Source: Paraspadella gotoi
Lineage: Eukaryota; Animalia; Chaetognatha
Direction: 5' to 3'
Length of the DNA stretch: 64,000 bases
Assembly: GCA_051294375.1 (NCBI GenBank)
Contig: JBJCIZ010001671.1
Span: forward strand, 17,531 to 81,530
Shown one piece after another: positions 13,680 through 27,900 of this stretch (its first letter is position 1; each line of letters opens with the position of its first letter). The notes under the pieces are model-generated. The model saw only the letters and a list, made by a program, of their open reading frames with translations, was not told where the DNA came from and ran no database searches. The translations under genes were made by a program, and so were the position numbers.

Positions 13680-16600
13680 TCGATTTACATAATTTGCGGA
13701 TCCTAATACGTTCCAGCGTTTGCAGCGTTGGAATACTCGCCCACGAATCGGTTCTTCCGTAATCTGCCGCGGTTTTACTCCCTTGTATTCTTCCCGGGGA
13801 TTCTTCAACCGGAGAAGAAGAACCGGACGGAGCGCTTCGGTCTGCTGTGCGGCCTGGATTCTAGCGAATCGACGTTTCCTATCATCCGAAGGAGATCTAG
13901 CCTATTCTTGAGTACGCATACCGAAGCGGACGGTAAGGGGTTTTACGGATGCCTTTGTGTACGTGACTTTGCCGACGAGTGGACCCCGTCGGATAGCGAC
14001 CCGGAGATCCGGACGATCGGTCTGCGGGTCATTACTTTTCCGTTGATAAAATTCCCGGTCGCTCCATGTCCTGCCGATACAATGGGGTGCCAGTGAACCT
14101 GAATTGAGGGAGGATGGCGTGGTAGAAATTCGCCGATTCAGTTGATTTCACGATATCTGCACTTTCCTCCTCTTCACTCACATCTCTCTCGCACCCGCGC
14201 GGCGACGGAGTAATCGCAATTTACGTCGTCGGGAGTGAAACTTATCCTGGATTTCTACGACCCGACGTACGCGAATTGCACCGCCTCGCATCGGGAGGCT
14301 GACGACCTGAAGAGTCAGCGATAGATGAAGGATAAAAACAGGCAGCGCCTCATCGTGATCATTCGAGGATTGCGCTGCGTCGTGTCGAAGCAACCCTCGG
14401 AGATGTCGAAAACCTCTTAAGGACTTCGCCTTTTCGGCACGTTGTCTCTGTTGAGCATGACTGTTATCGTTAGCTTGTAAGACGATACATCAGAGGCTCG
14501 CCTTTAACGGGCTCTCAAGTATCGAAAAAGAGAAATATGATACTTCGCCGAAGTGACAAACTATTTGCGCAGGACCACCAAAATTACACCTTCCGAATAT
14601 GCTTAGAATCTCACCTTCTTCAAATCGTCGTACAGTTTTCTTATTCTCTCCTGCCTCCAGCCGTGTACTCCTTTAGGAATGCCACGACTTTCTTCCATTC
14701 GGCCTCTCATACGATCGACAGAAGCGGTCGAGGCGTCTATGCGGGTCTCGTTTTGAACCGCGCAAGGCACTCCGAGCGCAAGAAACATCCTCCGGAAGCC
14801 AACCGCGGATATTGCACGTATATCAAAAAGCACTACGACCGCATCCGTTCTTCGCCGATATCTTAGGGCACGTTCTGGAACGACGAGCGCGGATGGAAGG
14901 CTTTTGGCTCGGACTTCCTTAATCGCGCTCCACAACATCCTTGGGGCGCAGCGCCCTTACTCGTATCTCACGGGTCTAACTGCATGATCGGACGCGTGCC
15001 ATCCACGGATAGAAGCATATCGTCGAATCGGATCTCTCCGTTCGCCGGCAGGCGACGCGGATACACAGGTTTAAGCAGTTGCCGGAGAGCTACGGAGATT
15101 CCCGCAAAAAGGGAATCCAGTTTTCGGCTGCACCAAGGATCCTGACGGACTGGACTTCGTGGCGTCCATCCCGGCCGTCTCTCATGCCTCCGCTCGTCTC
15201 CTGAAGGATTGATGGATGAATCTACCGCTCCCTCTTTGTCCTGTTCAGACGAGTCGAAAAACCGGCTGTCATAGTAGCTTAACAAGCGACACTGAACGGA
15301 AATAATAATCATCCAGCCCATTTACGATAATGCTTTCTCGACATGCCGCAGCATGCACACGAGCCGATGTGGAGGCCTTTAGGTCCGGAAAGTGGAACTG
15401 CCGCGCGTAACCCGGAACGACGATCAGGAGCTACATAGCTTTACGCATCGCTGATTTAACCGACACCTGAGGACACAACCCAGGAACTCGCACCAACCCC
15501 GCTACCATGAACTGACGAAGACTTTACTCACGTCACGAGGGCGTTCATCGAAGGATGTGGAATGCCGACACAGATTTTTCGGAAACTATTCTTTCGACTT
15601 TCATTGAAGTGTGCTCGTCGAATTGAGAGAGAATGGCGTGAGAAGACGAACGATTAGCTAACGCTCACCGACTTGTCCGAATCTGCAGCATATGATGACG
15701 AGACGGTGAAATAGGAACAAAAGAGTAAACATCCTCATAGACATTTGCAAAGAGATCAGCACGAGACTAGTTTGGCGAAGGCCCGAGAGAGACCTGGAAT
15801 AGACGACACGTGAGCGCTGGGCTTAATACTAAACAAAGAGACGAACGGGAACGAAAGGAAATTAACTAAGGGTACAGGAAAGGGCATCAGACAGTGCAAT
15901 CCCCCCGGTTAGAGCCCTCTCTTCAATCAGCTCGTAGGCGGGCACGTTCAGATTAAAAGCCTGCGACTCCTCCGCCAGCGTATACCGACAAACGATTCAT
16001 CATCGTGAATTCGCCGGCTGGCGGTCTCAACGAAGTCACGGCAAGACCGCGTGACGTCAAGGCAAAATGCAGATCAAGGAGCAACAAGCCGCGGCGCTCA
16101 TCCTCGGTTAAAGCGGGATCCGTCCGACGAGAGGTCGAAGAGCGGCTTGGGCCGTGGCGAGCCGGGAGCTCGATGACAGCGTGCCCTCGCCCGTCGCATC
16201 CGTCGATATGGCATATCCACCAGGCAACTCTTGGAGTCAATTCGCACGTTTTATGGGAAAACTTGTGGATCAAGGACAACGTCGTGAAGGCGGCGGGAGA
16301 AAGGAGAAGCGGGTCACACTTCGGCCTGCCCGCCGTCCTCATAACACGCCCGCCACTACGATGCCGGTTGGATGAAGAACACCCACGCGCCCGGGTACTA
16401 CCGCTGCGGGAGAGACCAGTCGAAAGCGCCGGCTATTAAGAAAAGAAGACGTGTGAGCCTCAATAAATGCGCGAATACACGGCTATACAGCAAGAAACGG
16501 TTATCACGGCATCGGCAGCGCCAAATCTTCGATCCCGGGCCAGTTCTTGAAACGGCGCCGGTCGGCCGCTCAGCTGCGATCGCCGACGGGCTTTCTTGGA

Positions 16601-17039
16601 ATTTCAAGCCCAGACTCTCGCCTTCCCAAATGCTTCAGCCACAACGCCAAAGAACAAAGTCGACGGAAAATGCGTCACGATTGGACTGTGAGGTTAACTT
16701 CGAGACTTTCAGTGGCGTCTGTGCGTGGAGGGCCGCCACTGTCCCATGAAGTTGAAGGAGCTTACCCCACTGGGTTCGACTGTCTTCCCAAGCGATCCGT
16801 GACGTTTCCTTACGCAATCGGAACGCCTACCGCGGCTCTTGCGGAGCCCTTCTCGTCCTCAAGAAGAAGTGGGGATGAAGCGGACGACGTGCAGGATGAG
16901 ATGATATAAGAGATTCCTGACGGGCCCAAGACTCTGATCGAAAGGAGCTCAGGCAGGTTCACCATTGCGTTGTTGTTACCTTGCAGCAGGTTACCTCTTG
17001 CAAGGGAGACCGACCGACTTGCGGACCTCGGACCGGGCG

Positions 17040-20000
17040 GCCTCATGGCGGATCTCCTATCGAAGCGGATGCACATTTAACATAGTGGGGCGAAAAAGGG
17101 TTTGTTTACAGACAGTATCACCATTGGATGACTGAGCTCTTTCTTTAGTTGATTTCTTGTCGTTTCTTGCCATTAACCAGAGGTTCTCGACGATTAGACC
17201 GCCGGGCGAAAACATCCAAGACGCCGCGAACGACGAGGAGAGAAGCCGAAAGACGACGGCAGAAGTTGTCAACGTCGGCGTTCGTGCAGGGAAAGGCATC
17301 CGAGGAATGAAGAGAAAGCTTCGGTCGCCGCCGCTTCAGTTCCAGAAATGCCGGAGCGCGGTTTTCAAAGCCAGCGTCGTCGTCAGCGTCTATGCCGTCG
17401 AGAGCTCCGCGGTGCCTTGCCCACATTGCGAGGGGCCGCCATTACCTGCGCAGCTGGACAAGTTAGCGATTGAAGCCCGGCCGATCCCCGCAAGTTTTGC
17501 GCTCTCAGTCTGCGCTGCTTCAACTGCTTGGGAAGCGGTCATCGACGCTAATTTGCCCTACAAAGAGCCGTTGCTTTTGTAGCTGGACATCATCATCCGC
17601 TTCTACATGGTCGGACGTAGGGACCACGTCAGAGGAGCGAGGCTTCAAAGCACTCAGGCAAATAACGTGTTTCGAGTAGCAGCGGGAGAAATGGAAAGTT
17701 CTGACGCCGCCGCCGATAAGACGGGGCATCCGACCGTCGAGCGACCAGACCGCGTGACGTATGCCGAGTAGCCGCGGGCGGATGGGCACGTGTACCGCCC
17801 AGTAGGATGGGCCATATGATCTCGTTGGTCGACGACGCATTTCCACCTACGCGTTATTGGATAGGGGGAAGTAACAAGTCGTCATTAACGTCATCTCGCG
17901 AAGCGATGAATCTTCCGCTTAGTCACTGTGAATTTGAAATTGACAACTCTCGGCTTCTGAGTCTACACTCCCTAGAGCCAATGGTGAAAAAGGATGGAGA
18001 TTATCTTTCAGTTGACGGCGCTTTCGATACTGGACCTTGAGGAAGTTCCTCGCCGTGAATCTTTGTCTTCGGAAGATTGATGCACCTCCGATCTCAGGAG
18101 GAGATTTCTTCTTTTTTCATCTTGTGGATGTCGAGATTCGTCTCTTGAAACTCAAGGGAAATCGGATGATTCTATCTGCCCGAATATACTGGACTATGGG
18201 AGGGGTGAAATACGCCGTGGAGTAAGGATGCCCCCATTGCGTTCAGACTGAATGGGGGATGGACCATCGGGTCGGCCCACGCGGCCAAGGTCGTCGAGGC
18301 TCGGACCGTGGGAATTCGACCAGCGTTACCTGTCACTCGTCGATTGCGTCGAGCATTGTACGGTACTCGAGCTCGCAAAAATTCAAACGTCTCTCTTTGT
18401 AAGCGGATTTCCTCCGGCTGCCATCAGCCGAGCTCAACAAGCGTGCAAGATTGACTTCGCTTTATGGAGCAGTTGCGGTCGACCGATTGCTTCGGATGAA
18501 GACATCGGACATGGGAGAGTCGGGGCTTCCAATTGAGGGAAGGCGGCGGGAAAAAGGCTGCCGGGATCTCAACAAATGCAATTCGTCGGAGATGGCCCAG
18601 CGGATAGAACAGGCTTTGAAAGCTACTGTGCAAGGATGCGGCAAGCCGCTCGCAAAGAAGGAGTCTTCAAAACATTTTCCTAGGGAATATTTCGACGAAG
18701 GTCATGACTAATTCGTTATGATGATTCCCTCAGTCCGGAACGGATAACCCATTATGGTGTTTGCCCACATTTAATAGCGCAACTCAGAGTAAGTACAACC
18801 GGGCAAGTTTCTGCAGTTTGCCATGATTAAGTACTTTGCGACGGAATCAGCCCTCACATGATCAACTCTCACCGCGGCCCGACTTTGCATATGAACAATC
18901 TTCTTTTGAGTCCCTTTTCGCACTTCGCCGTTCACGCGAGATCTCTCGACTTGATGTGCAGGCGATTTTTCCTATTCAGTGTTTCGTCGAACAAAAAAGG
19001 ATCGCCACGTTTCGATTTTTGGTGGTCTTGAGGATGTATATGGAGAAGTTCTGTTTATGGGAGATGATCGTTTCAGCAGGTTCTTCGGGCGCCGAAATCG
19101 CTCGCCGACTGTGTGCCAGCTACTAGCGTCGCAGCATCTCAGGTTCCGTACGCCTTTTATGTGAACGGTTCCACCGGAAGTTTGCTGATAGCCTTATCAT
19201 CAACGACTTTTTACGTGGATAATTTATTGCTTTCGGCGTATTTGATGGTTCCCGACCGTTGATGTTCGGCCCGAAGTCTCCGGATCGGCATTACGGAACG
19301 CGTGATGAAGCGTGGAGGCTTTGACCTTGTGTATTTGCTGGCTTGCGGTCATCGCATAGAGGCGTTGGAGGAGTGAATACGCCTGGCGTTGAAAAGGAAT
19401 GGGAAGGACATAAAAACTCAGTGGGGTGGGTGTAGTGCGATGATAATTGGGAGAGGTCTTAAGGCGTTTGCCTTTGTTCTCACGAGATATTTTCTCGTTC
19501 AACGGAACAAGAAGAAGGTGGAAAACTGAAAGTCCAAAGGCGTCGGCAAATGCTCTCACTCCACTAGCTTCCTCTTTGATCCGATTGGGGTTCGTGCACT
19601 TCTCCTGCGTGGAAGCGGAGATTTTTCAGCGGGCAACGAAAGAAAAACTCCGTGGGTGACCCGGATATCAAAGGAGGCTTCATGCCGGATCACAAGTGCG
19701 GCAAAGAGGTTGTGAACTTCTTCATCGAGATTCCTCCTGGATTTCGACGAAGGGAAAACGCATGCGGTGCCGGAAAAATGGCACATCTTCTGCCGATGCC
19801 TCGAGTTGGGTTACGGCGTCGTTCATGTATCGTTTTCCGCGTCGAAGTTCCCATCAGAGCTCATGTGGATATCTTTTGGAAAGTCACGTTGTAGTGCCGT
19901 TGTCTTCGAGTAAGTGTTTGACTCCCAATGAGTCATTCCGCTGGCATTGGAGTTACCCGCGAAACTCTGCCGCCGAGCTTCGTCTATCTGTGCTGGAATC

Positions 20001-21990
20001 AAGTTTCATGAAGAATATTCGAGAGTTGTTTTCTGGTACGGGATTCGCATAACAGTCATCAAGCAAATTCGGACGAGAAGTGGCGTTTTATCCCGTTTTT
20101 CAAACATCGAATCTTCTCAATTCGGAAATTCCGAGTGTGGACGAATGGGAGATATGGTCCCGACTGCCGAAAATCGAGCGGATATTGCGAGTCGAGGACT
20201 ATCTGGCGAGGGGGAAAAATGGATGATTGGATGAAAGTTCTTACGTGGACTTGGATTTTCTTTGAGACCGGCATTCAACTTGGCCTCCCCGATCAAACGT
20301 GTTTGATTCCGGTGAATAACGAAGATCTTTCCGGGAGTGTCGCGAGAAAAGTGCGGCTATTGACGCCCTCTGTCGCTTCTCCGTTCATGCCCATTTTCCG
20401 CTGATTCGTGGATGCTTGATTACGCCGCCAAGTTTTTCATTCTTTGGGCAGGCCGCGTCTGGCGAAAAGACCGCGGTTTGCTCTTGCGCGTGGTTGGAGA
20501 CCTTTGCGTTTTGGGAAAGGCTTCAACGCAATCTGCCGGCCAAGGAAAATTTCCTCGATCTTACATCGTCGATATTGAATCGGCGCGGATCGCCTATTTC
20601 GCTTGATTCAATTGAAATATTTCTGGTTTCCGAGATGGAATTTCTTGTCGAAATCGGTCACGCTTCCGCAACTTCGAAAGGAATTGAATTCAAAAATTCG
20701 CCTCTTTCGTAAGTTGTCTCCTTTCGTCGACAGCGGGGATGGGGAAGATGCGCGTCGGCGGACGTCTAATCTACGGGTAACGCCGCGTCGCTTTCCTTCG
20801 AAGGCCTAAACATCCCATCATTTGCCTGGTTCGGTCTGACGACGATTCTAGGAGTAGTTCTTCGCCGCCCTATCGAATGTTCATAGATCGAGGGTCATGC
20901 AGGAATTGAGGCTATCTGCCAGTGAAAATACGACGCAAGTACTGGATCCTCCAATGGAGCGCGCCAAGCTGTCCGTCGAGTTCTCACCAATGCGTTCTAC
21001 TGTCAAAAAGCTACAGCCACCGGACAAACAGAAAATGGCGCCGCTTCCGAGCTTCAGGACGGTCCCCAGTGCCGACCGTGTCTCGCGAACGTCCGGTCAG
21101 GTCGTCGATGCGCTTGGGCCCTTCGACATCAAGATCGGACCGTTGCCCGATAAGGCTGTGGGTGTGGCGCTCTTTACCTGCCTATATTCTCGCGCCGTTT
21201 CATCTTGAGTAGTTATTTTCTCTCTCGACTTCGTCCTTACATAAATTGCCTTCGATGTTGCTGCAGCGGAAGGACACGAAGGCCGGGCATACGGGCACCT
21301 CTTCAGCGTTAACGCAAACAAATTTCAAAGGTGCCGACACAAGCCTCCTGCACGAGCGACGCTATAAAGGATGAACATCGGCAACGACACTGATTAAAAT
21401 TTCCATTGTCTTGGCTTCGACTGGGACTTCGCGCCGCCTCTCACGCCGCACTTATGTGGAGTTTGGGACGGATGGTTCGCTCGGCTAAGCGACTCTCTAC
21501 GCCCCTACTTGGCGACAGGTCGCGCGATGGAAGACGTTTCGCACCATCATCACCGGCGCCGAAAGGAATCATCATCGTCGGCCTTTTAACGCTATAAGCA
21601 GCGATGCTCAAGACTGGTACTTTTAACGACCAGCTGATTTATCTTATCTCCGGAGTTCGCTGATAGGAACGTCGGCCGTCATCTTCCCACCGCCGCCGTC
21701 TTCCGGCGATGCTTGCTGTCTGGAGGTAATAAGCAAGCGTCTGGATTGATTTTCATTCGAGCGGACGCTTTTCTCCACGGCGCATTATCTACCTAATCCT
21801 CCAACGCCCGAAACGTTTGGCAAACGACGCAGCCGGATCTTAAAGTCGGCCAACTCGTCCTCTTGTTGACGAGACCAAGGTCGAGGAACGAGTGGAGGCT
21901 TGGCGTTATCGAAAGCGGTGCATGGCGGACGCGAATGGAAAAATATTTGAACGCGATCGATCTAAGATTCGTCGTTTGGAACTAGATGAG
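17040..21990 (+). pseudogene. pol: BEL/Pao pol (RT - RNase H - integrase - C-terminal domain), multiply frameshifted
   Basis: RT motif TTFYVDNLLLS at ~19203-19235 (YVDN is typical of BEL). RNase H-region motif VPTAENRADIASRG at ~20157-20198. Integrase VDALGPFDIK followed by VALFTCLYSRAV(HLE) at ~21103-21210, and TNFKG at ~21320. C-terminal LKVGQLVLL...RNEWRLGVIE at ~21840-21912. Start is approximate. Confidence 0.85.
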
Positions 21991-24900
21991 TGAAGTAAAA
22001 ACGAATACCTCATTCCCTCAAGAACTAAAAATTTTGTATATTATATTCCATTATGCCATGCATAACCGAATTTACTTTTCGAGAGGCTTCGATGAAAAAC
22101 GAAATTTCGTTTTTACCCAAATTTTTATTTCGCTTTCGAGTCGATTTACCCCATAGGGACTGCTACCAAAACCGAAATTCAGATTAAATGTTTTTCAATT
22201 TGAATTTTTTAATTTTTGTATTTTTACTGTTTAAGACAATGATTTTTTCAGAAACTGTGTTTGTTTTGGTTAAGAGTTTATTTTTAAGAATTTATTTTTA
22301 TATTTTCAGTTGTGGAAGTAGGGTTTTTAAGAAAAATTATTTTATTTATTTATTTCGATTATCGTAAGTGCGACCCCTACTCGAAAATTTTTTCTCAGAT
22401 TTTGACAGTAAAAAATAAAAATTTTGGATTGTTCGATTCGTTATTATTTATGTCGAATTTCAAGCTTATAATAAGATCAAATTGGGATTTTGGCGTACAG
22501 TCGTATGTTTCTGCGATTTCTTTTATTCATTATTTGATTTTCAGCGGTACGTCACCACGGGCCTGTTCAATTTTGAAGTTGCGGACTTTTGTATATTTTT
22601 TTGGAGAAAAAAGAAAATATTTATTATTGGGCCTCATTATTAATTTTTTGGGTTTTCAATACGGGCGTGCGGGTTTGTCGCTTCGTCCTTTTGTTTTCTC
22701 CCTTTTTTCTCAGTTTTAGTACCGGTCCTTTGTTTCTGTACCGCCTTATCGGAGTTTCAAGTTTGACGCCGGAAAGACTTTTATTAATTATATCAAAGCT
22801 TCGAAATGCAGGCCACTACTAGTGCGCAGGTGGTCTGCTGGTTGGACATTCGGGGTGCGGCGAGGCGGGATTGTTCTCGTCTTCCACCCGTTTCGCCGTT
22901 GCACGGATGCAGCTTCAAGGTTATGGTTTGTCGGGCGGCTCTGTTGATGGACATCGTTCTTGGAGATCCCGGCGGTTTGCCGCCGAAAGGGGTTGCGGAA
23001 TGCTGGGTACGGTACTGGCCGACAATGGATTTGTCTTCTTCCGGGCTCTCCGGAAGTGGATCGATGCCTCACTGCTTTCAGGGCGAGCGGGCTATTCAAG
23101 TCCTGATAAATCTACAGAGATCCCGCTTCTGTGGAGGAGATTATGCCCGTCGATCTCGACCTCTCCTCCGTTGGCGAGGGGAATTGGGTCGGATTTAGAA
23201 TTGATAGACCAAGAGCATGTTGCCGCAGGCTCTGCAACGGCTTCGGCGCCTTTCCGAAGGGGAGACGACGACGCCGGGAGGCGTCCTTCTTCTTCCGATG
23301 ACGTGAATCCCCGCGCTTTCCCCGCGCAAGATAAGGGTTCCGTCTCGGTCAGGCTTGTGGGAGCTCGGACCCCAGGAAGATAAGTCCGGTTCACGACCGT
23401 ACAGCGAGGAGAGCCGTAGGTTGCGGGGCTCTGAGCTTCTGCCCTGGCTCCGCGTAGTGGCACCTCCACGCGCAGCGTCGCGATCCGCGCGCGAGGAGCT
23501 GGCGGCCAATGGAAGCCGGCGATCTGCCGGACCGACTTGTACTCGGGCTCGGATCTCGCGTGGATCGGTCAATCGGCCAAACAATCTGGCTACCGCACGA
23601 CGGAGCCAGGAGGCAGGTTCCTGTTCAAACCGTTCTGCGGGCGTTTCGACGTCGGGGCCGTCTCGCGGAACTGAGAGACGCAGAGTGCAGAGGGCATGCT
23701 CGGTAGGAAGTGCGAGGGACTCGCGCAGCGTATGTGCAGGATCCCGGGGCCCCTGCGAACCATGCGATCTGCAGAAGTTCCGTCTTTGTTCAGGGAGTTC
23801 AGGTTTGCAGGACACGGAGACGAAGAGAGGCCGTGCTGCATCCGAGGAGAGAAGGAAGATGGACCTCGATAGAGGGCGCCACAGGCAGTGTCAGAAGTAG
23901 CTACTAGGTGACGCTGTGCTGGCGGAGTCCGGTCGTCGGCTGATGCGGGTGATGGAGATTGTTGCTCATCAAAGGAATATCTAGTTTCATCGAAATGCCC
24001 GTCGGACGAGGGAGCAATGCTGTGTTTCAGCAGAGAGGAGGAGAAAAGAGGAGGAGAGGGCCGAAGGCGACTTTTAGGTTGCAGAGGCAGTTGGCGGCAT
24101 GGGTTCGGCGAGCTCCCGCTTGCAGGTGCCGTTTTGAGCGTTCTGGCCGTCGGGAAGAGATTGGGGACGCGGTTCAGGGCGCTTTTCTGGGATTGGTTGC
24201 GTTGCTGGAGATCGGAGGGAGGTCATGGAGCTTGAGTACGTCGGAGATTATGCCGGTGGTCGGGACAATCGCCGAAAGGGGAAAGGGCTCCTCCCGGGAC
24301 AGGCGAAAGGCCGCACGGACAGGGCTGATCCTTGAGTCTGTAGGAGTAGTGTAGAGGGGCGTTGTGAATTCCATCTCCGTCCCGCTCTTTGTACATAAGG
24401 GCAGCCTTGGTGTCCGTGGATTCTGGTTTTGTATGTGGAATTATTTATTTTATGTGTTACAGCCTTCTCCCTTCTGAGATGGCAGAGGCTATTTATTAAC
24501 GGCATTGTGAATCAATTGTGTGGTATGGTACGGAACGCTTCCTTGCATTTAATATGGGTGGTATATTGTCACATGTGATTTACTTGTAGTATGACTTATG
24601 TCAGTCTCGGGGTTTTTTCCCATCTAAACAATTATTAAATGTGTTATTTTATTTTTTTATTATTTATTATATTGCTTTATTCAGTGCAATGAGATAAAAG
24701 AAGGAGAAGAAGATCAGAGGTATTAAAGTACTGTGTGTTAGAGATTATAAGTATGTATAAGCTCAAAATGCAAATGACAATGAAACAGATCAGATCTTTG
24801 TCAAATTCGTTTGGATTTAAAAAACGTAGTTAAATTTAAAAAATAACAAGAATATAATTAGAAAATGAAAATTTTAGAAAATTTTGAAAAAGGCCAAATA

Positions 24901-27900
24901 TTAGTCCTAGAAAAATAAATTGACTTATATCATTATGTTATTATATGCTAAAGATTATGTGTGCTAGATAAATCATATAAGTAGTGTTCTGGCCATAAGG
25001 TACCACCTAATATTATTCTGAATCGTTAATTATATAGATAGAGTGAGAAAGTATATAATCAGTTGAGAACAGGTATTTGAATTTAGAGTATACCAAACGC
25101 GATAGGATATTGCAAAAAAATTTGAAAAGTTACAAAAACCTTTCAATTAATATTCGGGTCTCCTAATTAAAAATATGCATAAAAAATATAGATTACAAGT
25201 TGTAATTTATATATGTAAATTCCATGCGCAATGACAAGGACTTCAAAAATTACTGTTTTAGTTTTTATGAGCATGATAACAAATTATTTTATTAACTTGA
25301 GATTTTTAAAAAGAGTAATGTATAGTCTCACTATATTATATATTCATCTAAAGTGATACCGCATTGATAAAATAGTTTATCAGATAAAGAAGAAAACTAA
25401 GACTAAATTATAGTGATAGTTATTACTTTTATAAAGTTAAAAAGATACGAATGAAAGAAATTTCCTCTGTCAACGTTTTTAATATATGTAATTTTATCTT
25501 ACTTATGTATAATAGTATCACTTAACAAAATCATATTTAATACAGTGTTAGCAGGCTCTAATGATGTAATGTTTATTCTAAATTAGAGACAGCAAATAAA
25601 ACAATTATCTAAGCATATATTATCAATAATTGTTTTAATGCTAATGCTTAATATTATATCTTTGAAGAGTTATTGGACTGTAAGTCATGTATTTTCAAAA
25701 TTATCTATAGGGAAATTTAAGGTAGTACATCTCTGGCGCATAATGTTCTCGAGATTCTTTGGAGTTTTGGAAAAATTCTCAATTAAAAGATTTTCTAGGG
25801 TGGACATTATGATTTATGTTCTAGAGTTCTGACTGATACATCTTTTCTTTCAAATTATTTAGTCAATATCAGGGGGTAAGCTTAAAATGTGTCATTAGTG
25901 TGTAGGAGATAGGCGACCACGGAACGAATTTTTTCTAGGGAAAATAAAACAAAGGTGATAGTAGAATGTTAAATACGATGCAGATAATGCTTATTTTGTG
26001 CGCAATACTAGGTTAAACTTCATGAGGGAGATATATTTTTGGTTATCGATTGTATAGATTGGATAATTTGATCCTCAACTTTATTTTAGGATTACTGTTT
26101 TATGTTGTGTCATAATTTGGGAGTCAAAGGGGACGGTTAATATCAAAACAAGGATCAATTGGAAGGGCGGCAATTACCAATTGGATCTTATAGATATCCC
26201 TGGGACATAGATGTGTGCTCATATTTTTTTGTAGAAATCAATCGAGCCATGGATTGGAGTATATATGTCAAAAAAATTATTAGGATGCAAGCATGTTAAA
26301 ATTGCTCAAGATTATTGGTGTGACCTTGTGTTTTTCGAGTTGGCCAGATAGTGGTCTGTAGAGGATATTTAAGATAGCAATCGGTTAAGGCCAACATATA
26401 TCCGACGGCGAGCTGCTACTGTAATAAATTTATATAGTCTACGAATCATTAAGATGTAGATGGTTACTTTTTGTTCGAATATTAATCAATTTAATCAGAA
26501 AACAGGACAACATGTTGTGTTAGCTCGATGTCATGTTATGTATGATTTAAAAGGGATTCCTTTTCTTTTGATATTAGTTGAACTGGACGTGACCCGTATA
26601 TGGACAGTTGTATTCCTAAAGCAAGGCACCTAGGTGTATGTTGATGTAAGAGCGAGATTAAGATAAGATATGCAAGATATTGTCGACGTTTGTTTACATA
26701 GACCTGTTATGTGTTCCTCTTTCTTGAAAAGAGCATATCTAAAATTTAAGCGAAAACTACGCGCAAGTGTAGCAGTGTGAGGAGATAGGCGTGTTATTAT
26801 ATTCTAGAGAGGGACTTAAGAAAAAGTTAGGGAAATTAAGATTTTAGTTCATACAGTTTAAGGGCGCTAATAAGAGCTAGTATAATCCCTGCTCGCTCAT
26901 CGCGGTCTTACTTTGAAAATTTTCATAATGCTCTCTCTTTCAAAGAACTGGATTATACTGTATTGGAGTAAGATTAGGCTGAGATAAAAATGACTGCGCA
27001 AAAAGGAAGGAATAAGCAGCAATAACCGGACTCAAGTGATATTATAACCTTGTATATGAATAACATAAGGTCCATTTTTTAGAATATTAATAATTACTTA
27101 TTTATTTATTTGCACTTATTATGATTCTCTGGATTTAATTTATTTTTACTGGTCTTTACCAATTAGTCTGATTGGTGTAACATTTAGAGTTGCGTAGCCT
27201 TGATTATTAAACTTTATTATTTAAACGGACTAATTGGTTTATCTTATTTTTATTTTATTTAAAATTTACAATTATTACAAACTTAATAAAAGTGTATGCG
27301 CTGCTAAAGTGGTGCGTTAAAACCTTGTGCTGTGAGATGCCATGGCTTGGTTTCTTGAATAGTTATTGGCAGATTAGTATACGTGTCAATAGAGTATGAC
27401 GTTTTAATTAACGTAGTGAAGATAAGCAACACAGGTGAAGAGGGAAGTTGACCATTTAGGGCATGGAGCTGGCGTTCTCAAGCCTGGAGGTCTTTTTTGG
27501 AAAATTCAGGCGTGTGCGTCCGTCACTTTTATGCCTCCCGGCTTTGATCGAGGGTCTCTCGCTTGTTTCGTAGCTTATTGGGATTAAAGGCCCGCGATAT
27601 TATCTGTAAACTATTGAAGGATCGTATAGACAGTGTTCTCTCCTATACTCTAGATGATATATCGATAGCTTTCTCGATATGTATAACATAAAGTTTAAAT
27701 TTATCATTCAGAAAAAAGAAATAATTAAAATAGGATAATAGAATATCATAAAATTTTTATCTTAATTAAGTATTTTATTGAAATTTACTAATTTACATGA
27801 TCATAATAAGATGAGCCGCTCTTGACTTTACCCAGATGATTGTTCTCTCGATTCTTAAGTTAACATGTTATCTACATATACAATATCTTAATTCTCTCCT

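Noticed and set aside
13700-17000. Individual short ORFs in the expected gag region of the BEL element
   Set aside because: They are too fragmented and I could not recover convincing Gag motifs or a PBS; treated only as internal region.
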